A stretch of DNA of 64,000 nucleotides, taken from a bacterium. Lineage in GTDB: Bacteria; Desulfobacterota_D; UBA1144. Where the stretch lies: contig JABILG010000018.1 of the NCBI GenBank assembly GCA_018654605.1, positions 24,702 to 88,701 on the forward strand, given 5' to 3'. Both the position numbers and the translations under genes were made by a program. Positions 31,695-39,664 of the stretch are shown here, piece after piece. The notes under the pieces are model-generated. The model was not told where the DNA came from. It saw nothing but the letters and a program-made list of their open reading frames with translations, and ran no database searches. Position 1 is the stretch's first letter. Every line of letters begins with the position of its first letter.

Positions 31695-33482
31695 TTAGGC
31701 TACTGTAACTACTTTCGCTAAATTTCTTGGTTGATCTATTGATAAATTATTAAACTTAGCCAGATGGTAAGAAAGCAACTGGACTAATAGTGTGAAATAA
31801 AACGGCAATACACCATGAGTCTTCTCTGGGATCGATATAAATTCAATTTGAGACAAGAATTCTGAATCAATCATTTTAATAGAAGCGGCTGTAGCAAAAA
31901 GAATAATTTTCTTTGATCGTGTGTGTGCTTCATAAAGGTTCATAATCTCCTTTAAAACAGTATTCTTGTCATTTGAGAGTAAGTATAATATAGGAAAATT
32001 ATTGTCTAATAGAGCAATTGGGCCATGCTTCATCTCAGAAGAAAGTGAGCCTTCAGAATGGATATACGATATCTCTTTGATTTTCAATGCTGCCTCAAGG
32101 GCTATAGGATAAGTATAATTTCTTCCAAGAATAAAGAAATTTTTAGCTTTATAAAATTTCTTGGCAATCCTTTTGACATCTTTTTCAACATTAAAAAAAG
32201 CTTTATAAACTGAATCTAATTTTGGAATGACAACTTTACTATCTTCTGAAAAACAAGAAGACATAAGGTGCAATATTGAAATTTGTCCAGTAAAAGTTTT
32301 AGTAGCCGCGACACCCTTTTCAATCCCTAGAGATAAATCAATGCTATCTTTAGTATTCTTAGCTAGTCTAGAATCTATATTGTTAACAATGGATAGAGAA
32401 TTTGCAAAGAATTTTTGGTTTGATTCAAGCAAGTCGCAAGTATCAGCGGTTTCACCTGATTGTGAAATAAAAATATACAATACCTTTGCAAGGCTCTGAT
32501 TAAAAAAAGTAAACTCAGAAGGTCTATAGATCGACGTAGGTATTTTGCTAATAGATTCAAAATAATACTTTCCAAGCATTGCTGCATTATATGATGAACC
32601 GCAACCAATTATTACAATCTCTTTTGGCTTTGTCTTTATTCTTAATTTGTCTAATATGTCCCTTCTACTGTTATACAATCTAGGTATAAGAGATTTCTGA
32701 GAAATCATTTCATTGTATGTAACAGAATTAATCTTAGATTCTTTATTATTAGAGACATTAGCACTTCTCTGATATTTCAAGAGCTTCACACTTACTTCTT
32801 TGTATCTAGAGTTGAAACATTTAAAACCTTTCTTATTTACTTCTAGAATCTCCTCATTTCTCAAGAAATAATAAAAATCTAAATCAATCTTCATTGCGTT
32901 TGTATCTGAAGAAAATATTGATTGATTATCCTTCTTTAAACCAAAGAATAGTGGTGTCTTATTTTTATAAGACACTAAAATTTCTGGTTTAGTTTTATCT
33001 AAGCATAAGAAAGCATTTGAACCTTTCAGAATTTTTCCAACTTTAAAAACTGCTTTAGAAAGATTTTCCTCTATAGAATAGAAATATTCAATTAACTGGG
33101 CTATAACTTCTGAGTCAGTCTCAGTAATAAATTTATTGTTAATCAAAAATTTACTTTTTTTCAGTTCCTGAAAATTTTCTACTATTCCGTTGTGAACCAA
33201 TAAAATATTCTTAGAAGAGTGTGGGTGACAATTTTTCAGAGTAGGCTTACCATGAGTAGCCCACCTTGTATGTCCTAAAATTAATGATGATTTAATTTTC
33301 TTACTAACCTTCTGTTCTAAGCTATTTATCTTCTTTGTTGTCTTACAAGTTATAAAATTATCTTTCCTAAGATATGAAAATCCAGCGGAATCATAACCTC
33401 TATATTCTAGCTCCCTTAAAGACTTAAAAAAAGATTGAAACCCAATTTCTTTTTTAGAATAGATGCTATATATTCCACACAT
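31695..33482 (-). CDS. glmS: glutamine--fructose-6-phosphate aminotransferase
   Basis: Start at MCGIYS, because the N-terminal Cys nucleophile must follow Met; the ORF track extends 9 codons upstream. SIS domains follow. Confidence 0.85.
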   Translation of the reverse strand: MCGIYSIYSKKEIGFQSFFKSLRELEYRGYDSAGFSYLRKDNFITCKTTKKINSLEQKVSKKIKSSLILGHTRWATHGKPTLKNCHPHSSKNILLVHNGIVENFQELKKSKFLINNKFITETDSEVIAQLIEYFYSIEENLSKAVFKVGKILKGSNAFLCLDKTKPEILVSYKNKTPLFFGLKKDNQSIFSSDTNAMKIDLDFYYFLRNEEILEVNKKGFKCFNSRYKEVSVKLLKYQRSANVSNNKESKINSVTYNEMISQKSLIPRLYNSRRDILDKLRIKTKPKEIVIIGCGSSYNAAMLGKYYFESISKIPTSIYRPSEFTFFNQSLAKVLYIFISQSGETADTCDLLESNQKFFANSLSIVNNIDSRLAKNTKDSIDLSLGIEKGVAATKTFTGQISILHLMSSCFSEDSKVVIPKLDSVYKAFFNVEKDVKRIAKKFYKAKNFFILGRNYTYPIALEAALKIKEISYIHSEGSLSSEMKHGPIALLDNNFPILYLLSNDKNTVLKEIMNLYEAHTRSKKIILFATAASIKMIDSEFLSQIEFISIPEKTHGVLPFYFTLLVQLLSYHLAKFNNLSIDQPRNLAKVVTVA

Positions 33483-33484
33483 AA

Positions 33485-34864
33485 TTATTTCTTTGGCTTT
33501 CTCTTCCAATTTGAAATATGCTTTTCCTTAATCCTGCTGACAGCTAATGTTTCCTCTGGTATATCTGAATTCAAAACAGATCCTGCAGCTGTTGTTGAGC
33601 CTTTAGCAAGGGTTATCGGGGCAATTAACATTGTATCGCTTCCAATAAATACATTGTCTTCAATAATAGTCTTATGTTTATTAAACCCGTCATAATTACA
33701 AGTAATCGTACCCGCACCTACGTTAACTCTTGACCCCATTTCTGTGTCCCCAACATAAGACAAATGAGGAATCTTTGATTCTTTGCCGATATTTGACTTT
33801 TTAATCTCAACAAAATTTCCAATTTTAACCTTGCTGTTAACTTGATTGCCTGGGCGTAAATTAGAGAATGGTCCTATTTGTACCTCTGATGCTATTTTTG
33901 AATCCTCAATTGAAGTAAAAGGTTTAACTAGAGTATTTCTTCCTATTATAGAGTTCGATATAAAAGCACTCCCTTCAATTCTAACATCTTCTTTTATTTC
34001 TGTTTTGCCTTTAAGTATGACATTGGGACCAATAAAAACATTTTTAGATATTTTTACCTCTAGATCTTTCTGAAAAGTGTTTGGATCTACTAAAAAAATA
34101 TTATTCTTAATACATTCTTCATAAGTAAACATTTTATCAAGCTCATGAGCTTTGCGATAATCATCAAAGGTGTTAATGTTAATAAATTTCCTTTCGTCTT
34201 TGATGGGAAGAGAATCTACTCTCATTCCATTTCTTACAAATATATTAACCAAATCCGTTAAATAATATTCAGAGTTCTTATTCTTTTTTATTTTTTTTAT
34301 GAAGGTTTTTAAATGTTGAGTTGAGACTAGATACAAACCAGAATTTACCTCCTTAATTAATCTCTGCTCGTTATTACAGTCTCTTTCTTCTACTATGTCT
34401 AATATTTGTCCATCATTATCTCTTAATATTCTACCGTAACCAAAAGGGGAAACAGGTGTTGATGTTGCAATAGTAAAGACAGATTTATTTTTATAATATT
34501 GGGATAATGCTTGTCTAATAGTTTCAACATCAACAAAAGGAGTATCTCCATTTATGATTAATGAAACAGAATCATCTTCGAGTTTCTTATAAGCCTTTTT
34601 AACTGCATCGCCTGTTCCAAGCTGATTCTTTTGAATTACGAATTCTATATTTTTATAATCTAATTTTTCTGCTAAGTTAACAACCAGTTCTTTTTTAAAA
34701 CCTGCAACAATAATAATCTTACTAGGGTTCAATTGGTGAAGATTGAACAAGCTTCTTTCAAGTAAAGTCTTGCCATTAATTGGTAATATAACTTTAGGTA
34801 AATTAAATTTGAGCCTTGAGCTTTTTCCAGCACATAATAAAACAATATTAACTTTAATAGTCAT
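33485..34864 (-). CDS. glmU: bifunctional UDP-GlcNAc pyrophosphorylase / GlcN-1-P acetyltransferase
   Basis: 459 aa. The N-terminal nucleotidyltransferase block (LLCAGKSSRLK) is followed by left-handed beta-helix hexapeptide repeats. Confidence 0.85.
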   Translation of the reverse strand: MTIKVNIVLLCAGKSSRLKFNLPKVILPINGKTLLERSLFNLHQLNPSKIIIVAGFKKELVVNLAEKLDYKNIEFVIQKNQLGTGDAVKKAYKKLEDDSVSLIINGDTPFVDVETIRQALSQYYKNKSVFTIATSTPVSPFGYGRILRDNDGQILDIVEERDCNNEQRLIKEVNSGLYLVSTQHLKTFIKKIKKNKNSEYYLTDLVNIFVRNGMRVDSLPIKDERKFININTFDDYRKAHELDKMFTYEECIKNNIFLVDPNTFQKDLEVKISKNVFIGPNVILKGKTEIKEDVRIEGSAFISNSIIGRNTLVKPFTSIEDSKIASEVQIGPFSNLRPGNQVNSKVKIGNFVEIKKSNIGKESKIPHLSYVGDTEMGSRVNVGAGTITCNYDGFNKHKTIIEDNVFIGSDTMLIAPITLAKGSTTAAGSVLNSDIPEETLAVSRIKEKHISNWKRKPKK

Positions 34865-35281
34865 TTAGAATGGGACGTCATCACTGGATGAACTTTCTAT
34901 ATCAAAATCATCGAGGAAGTTCTCATCGCCAGTTTGAGCTGTGCCTCCAGCTTTAGAATCAACGAATTGAAAATTATTTACGACAACCTCTGTAATAAAC
35001 TTCTTCTCACCACTTTTATCCTCATAAGATCTACTTTCAAGTGACCCCTCTATATAAATCTGATTCCCTTTCTTAAAATACTGTCCAATAACTTCTCCAG
35101 TTTTTCTCCAAGCAACACAACGATGCCATGATGTCTTATCAATTTTTTCTCCAGATTTATTCTTGTAATTAATTGAGGTTGCAATGTTAAAGGAAGCTAC
35201 AGGAGTTTGATCTTGTGTATACCTTACTTCAGGATCAGCACCAAGCCTTCCAAGAAGAATTACTTTATTTACACTAGCCAT
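34865..35281 (-). CDS. ssb: single-stranded DNA-binding protein
   Basis: 138 aa OB fold with an acidic C-terminal tail DDFDIESSSSDDVPF. Confidence 0.85.
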   Translation of the reverse strand: MASVNKVILLGRLGADPEVRYTQDQTPVASFNIATSINYKNKSGEKIDKTSWHRCVAWRKTGEVIGQYFKKGNQIYIEGSLESRSYEDKSGEKKFITEVVVNNFQFVDSKAGGTAQTGDENFLDDFDIESSSSDDVPF

Positions 35282-35324
35282 TTTTTTATTCTATCACTTA
35301 AATAATTAAAGTAAAATATAAATT

Positions 35325-35930
35325 CTATTCATGATAATTCTTAATCTCATGAAGAAAGGCGTAGATCATCTTACCTGTCATTCCCCAAATTTTATAGCCG
35401 TGATAAAGGAATACATTATCTTTATATGGCTTTTCATATCTTGTTCCAATCCGATTACTATTAGTTAAATTTGTGAGCAAAATATCAATCGGAATCCAAA
35501 CAATTTCCTCAACTTCATCTTCACATCTTACAAGCTCAACATCGGGTTTATTGAGATAAAATATAAAAGGACTCACAATAAACTTATTTGCTTCTGGATT
35601 CACAGGTTGATAATCACTAAACCTTCCCAAGATATCGCAGTCTAATTTTAAGTCTAAACCTATCTCTTCTTTAGTCTCCCTAATTGCCGTGGCTAAACTA
35701 CTCTTATCAACCTTCTCTCTAACTCCGCCCGGGAAAGCCATGTGACCTGAAAACTTATCTGAATCCTTTGTAGTTCTCTTTATAAATAAAATCTCATATT
35801 TGGAATTAATCTTCCTAATTACGATTGAGACAGAAGACTGAACGGTTATTTTGGATTCAGGAATAAGGACAAATTTATATTTATTTAAAAAATGATTTTT
35901 TAAATTTTCTAAAAAACTTAAATTTGACAT
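35325..35930 (-). CDS. Nudix hydrolase, CoA-pyrophosphatase-like (NudL/Nudt7 type)
   Basis: 201 aa with the Nudix box GHMAFPGGVREKVDKSSLATAIRETKEEIG, preceded by an LLT.R...G.V.FPGG-like motif. Confidence 0.65.
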   Translation of the reverse strand: MSNLSFLENLKNHFLNKYKFVLIPESKITVQSSVSIVIRKINSKYEILFIKRTTKDSDKFSGHMAFPGGVREKVDKSSLATAIRETKEEIGLDLKLDCDILGRFSDYQPVNPEANKFIVSPFIFYLNKPDVELVRCEDEVEEIVWIPIDILLTNLTNSNRIGTRYEKPYKDNVFLYHGYKIWGMTGKMIYAFLHEIKNYHE

Positions 35931-35965
35931 TCTAAAACAATAAAAGAAAAGTATTTAAGTAGCTA

Positions 35966-36163
35966 TTATTTAGAAGGTTTCTTGACAGCAACTACTTTTT
36001 CTTCAGCAATTTCTCTTAAGGCCAGGACTACGGGCTTATTCTTTTCGTCAGATAAAGATTTAGCACCATTGTAGATATTCTTAGCTCTTTTCATTGCTGC
36101 TACGGATAATTCAAAACGATTTGAGACCTTTTCTAAGCAATCTTCGATTGTAACTCTAGCCAT
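35966..36163 (-). CDS. rpoZ: DNA-directed RNA polymerase subunit omega
   Basis: 65 aa ([30 protein letters not shown]). Confidence 0.85.
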   Translation of the reverse strand: MARVTIEDCLEKVSNRFELSVAAMKRAKNIYNGAKSLSDEKNKPVVLALREIAEEKVVAVKKPSK

Positions 36164-36196
36164 TATTTAATTTCCTTCCTTTCAGTTTAATGTATA

Positions 36197-36547
36197 TTGA
36201 ATAATGTAATGGATGAAAAGAAAATATCAAATAGAATAAATATTCTGAATGAAATTTTTTCAACAATCGAGGAAAGAAAAAATAGCAAAGATAATCAAGA
36301 TTCTTATGTTTCATCACTATTCAAAGATGGTCTTGAGAAGATCAATTCTAAAATAAGCGAAGAATCTGCTGAATCTATCGAGGCCTCAGAAAATGGTGAA
36401 AGAGATAAGATTATATACGAATATTCAGACTTATTATTCCATATGATGGTGGGATTATCTTATCATGGCATTAACATGGACGATATCTGTTTAGAACTTG
36501 AAAGAAGAATCGGAAAAAAGAAAAAAGATTATACTTTAGATGAATGA
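36197..36547 (+). CDS. hisE: phosphoribosyl-ATP pyrophosphohydrolase-like (HisE/MazG-type all-alpha NTP pyrophosphatase)
   Basis: 116 aa. Pattern SYVSSLFKDG..KI.EE..E...A.....DKIIYEYSDLLFHMMVGLSYHGINMDDICLELERR matches the HisE domain. Confidence 0.6.
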   Translation: MNNVMDEKKISNRINILNEIFSTIEERKNSKDNQDSYVSSLFKDGLEKINSKISEESAESIEASENGERDKIIYEYSDLLFHMMVGLSYHGINMDDICLELERRIGKKKKDYTLDE

Positions 36548-36767
36548 AGAAAATAGAAAAGAACTTTGGTTGCTTATACAAAAGACTGGGGATAGGTTAA
36601 AGGACAAACTCCCAAGCAATAATAATCACCCAAAAGGCAGAAATCCTTATGCTCATATACTATTAATGATTAAACTTAAATTTAAAGAATCTTACAAAGA
36701 TATTCCTGATGATAAAAAAGAAATTTTAATTAAATTTATAAAATATGTAGAAGACAACCCTAGGTAA
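36540..36767 (+). CDS. hypothetical small protein (75 aa), translationally coupled to the hisE-like gene
   Basis: Its ATG overlaps the hisE stop (ATGAATGA). It sits in otherwise free space, and I recognise no family. Confidence 0.35.
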   Translation: MNEENRKELWLLIQKTGDRLKDKLPSNNNHPKGRNPYAHILLMIKLKFKESYKDIPDDKKEILIKFIKYVEDNPR

Positions 36768-36771
36768 AAGA

Positions 36772-37311
36772 TTAAAGCAATTTAGTTTTGGATTTATCCA
36801 TATATTGATGCTTATATCTATTGTCTGCTTTAATGTTTGCAGGTTGGTCTTTCGCCTCTATCATCTCAGTAAAATTAACTCTGCCTCTTATTTGCTCTGG
36901 CAAGTCTGCGAGCCCAGGAGGCTTAGGTGCATCTGTTGATAGATCAGATGTATATGAGAAAGAAGATATGACTCTTTCAATTTCACCGTTTTTACAACAG
37001 TTAGTTGAAATATTCTTCTCATCCTCTTCATCAAAAATTAATTCGGAAAACCTAAAGTTAGTAGCATGAAAAAGCACCATCTTTTTTCCATCTTCAATAT
37101 ACAAATCAATCTCAACATTACCATCTTCCCTTGTTCCTTCGGATTGAATTAATTTCTCAGAAATTAAATCAATAATCTGTATACCATTAATGTTTTTATA
37201 CTTTTTTATAATTCCGAGCAAAATCTTCTTATCAAATTTCTTTTCAATCGTACTTAATGCTTTAAGAAGATTTCTTTTACAAGATTTACATTCAAATTCA
37301 TATAAAGGCAT
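36772..37311 (-). CDS. hypothetical Cys-motif protein, paralog 2 (MPLYEFECKSCKR...)
   Basis: 179 aa. It shares the MPLYEFEC..C start, the FRFSELIF.EE block, a CC pair near residue 105 and an AP.PPG stretch with the upstream gene. Confidence 0.55.
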   Translation of the reverse strand: MPLYEFECKSCKRNLLKALSTIEKKFDKKILLGIIKKYKNINGIQIIDLISEKLIQSEGTREDGNVEIDLYIEDGKKMVLFHATNFRFSELIFDEEDEKNISTNCCKNGEIERVISSFSYTSDLSTDAPKPPGLADLPEQIRGRVNFTEMIEAKDQPANIKADNRYKHQYMDKSKTKLL

Positions 37312-37319
37312 AATCTATC

Positions 37320-37865
37320 CTATTCTGAGCCATAAGAGCCATCATGTTGAGAATTACCAAAATATTGGTCTAGATGGTCTTGTCCAACCCAGTTGGAGGC
37401 TTGTTCTTCGTCCTTCATAACTTTGTAATCTTTATGCCATTGGACAGGATCTCCTGGTGTAGGAGCTCTATCTTTTATTCCACCTCTTTTTTCAAAAATA
37501 GCTTTAAAAGGTGAGAAAATCCTAACTACGTTTTTGCATTTCTTACTTGATGGACAATCAACTGTCTCTGGTATTTCCTCGTCTTGAAAATACAACTCTG
37601 TGAATCTGAAATCTTTTAATTCTAAGAAGAGATATTTATCGTTACCCATTCTATATCTATATCTTTTAATACCCTTATTGCCTTCTTTACCTAGAGAGAA
37701 TATGGTTTTCTCATTTTTAATCTTTTGGACTTCTATGTACAAAAAGTTTTTATTTCGTTTCATAACCTTCTCTCCAGTCTCTTTCTTTAAAGACTTAGAA
37801 AGAAGAGTAATATCTTTGTTATACTTTTTCATACAATCTCTACATTCAAATTCATATAATGGCAT
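37320..37865 (-). CDS. hypothetical Cys-motif protein, paralog 1 (MPLYEFECRDCMK...)
   Basis: 181 aa, separated by 8 nt from paralog 2. Shows the same conserved blocks (FRFTELYFQDEE, CPSSKKC, APTPGDP). Confidence 0.55.
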   Translation of the reverse strand: MPLYEFECRDCMKKYNKDITLLSKSLKKETGEKVMKRNKNFLYIEVQKIKNEKTIFSLGKEGNKGIKRYRYRMGNDKYLFLELKDFRFTELYFQDEEIPETVDCPSSKKCKNVVRIFSPFKAIFEKRGGIKDRAPTPGDPVQWHKDYKVMKDEEQASNWVGQDHLDQYFGNSQHDGSYGSE

Positions 37866-37907
37866 ATCTAACTCGCTTTAAATTTATAATAGATTACTAT
37901 AACGGAT

Positions 37908-38717
37908 ATGAGTAAATTTGTTAAGTATGAAGACCTAAAGAAGACTCGAATAATAACGTTTGACCGACCTGAAAAAAAGAATGCTTTCAATGAGGAAATG
38001 TTAGTAAAGATGTCGGAAATTATTCAAGATACCGAAAAAATAAATCAAATAAGAACAATAATAATAACTTCTAACTGCGATAAAGTGTTTTCTTCAGGGT
38101 ATGATATTTCATCTGAGAGTATAGATTCGAAAGAATCGCTTTTAAAGATTCATATAATTGATGACAATTCAGAAAAACATCCATTAATGAAGATTTCCGA
38201 AGTAATTGTGGAAAGCCCAAAAATCATAATAGCCGCAATAAATGGAAGTATATTTGGTGGCGCCCTAGAGATAATGTTAAATTGTGATTTTAAATTTTTC
38301 TCTAGAGAAAGTATTTTTTGTATGCCTCCCGTGAAACTTGGTATTTTTTACAATTATTATGGTTTAAAAAACTTCATAAATAAGATAGGAATATCAAATA
38401 CCAGAAAAATCTTTTTTACTGGTGACAAGTATTCTTCTAAAGACGCTATAGACATGAAAATTTTTGATTTCATATATGATCAAAAAGATGTATTAAAGAA
38501 ATCAATAGAATTCTCTGAAAAAATTTCACTTAATGCCCCCCTATCCCTTGCTTCAATAAAAAAATCTATCAACACTTTTGAAGCTGGTCAAACAATTAAC
38601 CCTGAGGACTATGAACAAATAAAGAAAACTATTCTACGAGCTGCAGAAAGCTTTGACTACTTAGAAGCTCAGGCCGCATTTAAGGAAAAGAGGCCTCCTA
38701 ACTTTTCAGGGAAATAG
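37908..38717 (+). CDS. enoyl-CoA hydratase/isomerase (crotonase) family protein
   Basis: 269 aa crotonase fold (IITFDRPEKKNAF...AAINGSIFGGALEIMLNCD). Confidence 0.75.
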   Translation: MSKFVKYEDLKKTRIITFDRPEKKNAFNEEMLVKMSEIIQDTEKINQIRTIIITSNCDKVFSSGYDISSESIDSKESLLKIHIIDDNSEKHPLMKISEVIVESPKIIIAAINGSIFGGALEIMLNCDFKFFSRESIFCMPPVKLGIFYNYYGLKNFINKIGISNTRKIFFTGDKYSSKDAIDMKIFDFIYDQKDVLKKSIEFSEKISLNAPLSLASIKKSINTFEAGQTINPEDYEQIKKTILRAAESFDYLEAQAAFKEKRPPNFSGK

Positions 38718-39599
38718 CTAGATACTAGAGTAGTTAAAAGCTTTTTCCTTTGTCTTTAACCATGTGCTGTCAATTTTAACTCGAAGATCCAAGAAAACTT
38801 TACATGAGAGAAAATTTTCTATATCCGCCCTACTCTCTATTCCAATTTTCTTAATCATTGAACCGTTCTTTCCAATAATAATTTGTTTATGATGAGTATT
38901 TTCAACTATGATATAAGCCTGTATCGACGAGACTCTTTTCTTGTCAACTATGTCTTCAATAACAACGGCAGTCCGATAAGGTACCTCTTGATAAAAAGTG
39001 TTGAAAATTTTCTCTCTTATTATCTCTGAAATATAAAACTTTTCAGGTTGATCAGTTGTAACATCGTCAGGTAAAATTTTCTCTCCAACAGGTAAAATTC
39101 TTTTAAATTCATTTATCAAGATTTCTAATCCTTCTTCCTCTAAAGCGCTTATTGGTATAAAAGAATCTACAGTAGGGAAGATATCTTTCAGAGTGTTTAC
39201 AATGTTTAAGATTTTACTTTTCTTAACTAAATCAATCTTGTTAATCGCGATTATAGGCTTCTTGTCTACTATTTTAGAAGCTATTTCATCTGTGTTGAAA
39301 GTTGAACGCTTTGTGCAATCAACTATAACAAGAACTATGTCAGATTCGCCAATAGCCTGATAAGAGGACTGGACCATTATTCTATTTAAAAATTTACTAG
39401 ATTTTTGTATTCCTGGTGTATCTAAGAAGATAATCTGACTATCATCAGAATTACACACACCTAATATCTTATTTCTTGTCGTATTGGGCTTATCAGAGAC
39501 AGCAGAAACCTTACTACCCGTTAAGGCATTAATTAATGTGGATTTACCTGTGTTTGGCTTTCCAACTATAGAGACTGTGCCGCATTTAAATTCTTTCAT
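38718..39599 (-). CDS. era: GTPase Era
   Basis: 293 aa with the G1 motif GKPNTGKSTLINALTG and a C-terminal KH domain. Confidence 0.85.
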   Translation of the reverse strand: MKEFKCGTVSIVGKPNTGKSTLINALTGSKVSAVSDKPNTTRNKILGVCNSDDSQIIFLDTPGIQKSSKFLNRIMVQSSYQAIGESDIVLVIVDCTKRSTFNTDEIASKIVDKKPIIAINKIDLVKKSKILNIVNTLKDIFPTVDSFIPISALEEEGLEILINEFKRILPVGEKILPDDVTTDQPEKFYISEIIREKIFNTFYQEVPYRTAVVIEDIVDKKRVSSIQAYIIVENTHHKQIIIGKNGSMIKKIGIESRADIENFLSCKVFLDLRVKIDSTWLKTKEKAFNYSSI

Positions 39600-39664
39600 T
39601 TAACTGATTTGATTATACTCTTCTTGTGATGTTTAACAAATGGAGTTAAGATTAAATTCCAATC

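Noticed and set aside
35325-35930. Idea that the Nudix hydrolase downstream of rpoZ substitutes for SpoT as a ppGpp hydrolase
   Set aside because: The LLT.R...G.V.FPGG-like element preceding the Nudix box points to CoA-diphosphatase (NudL/Nudt7) specificity. The rest of the genome is unseen, so an rsh gene is probably elsewhere.
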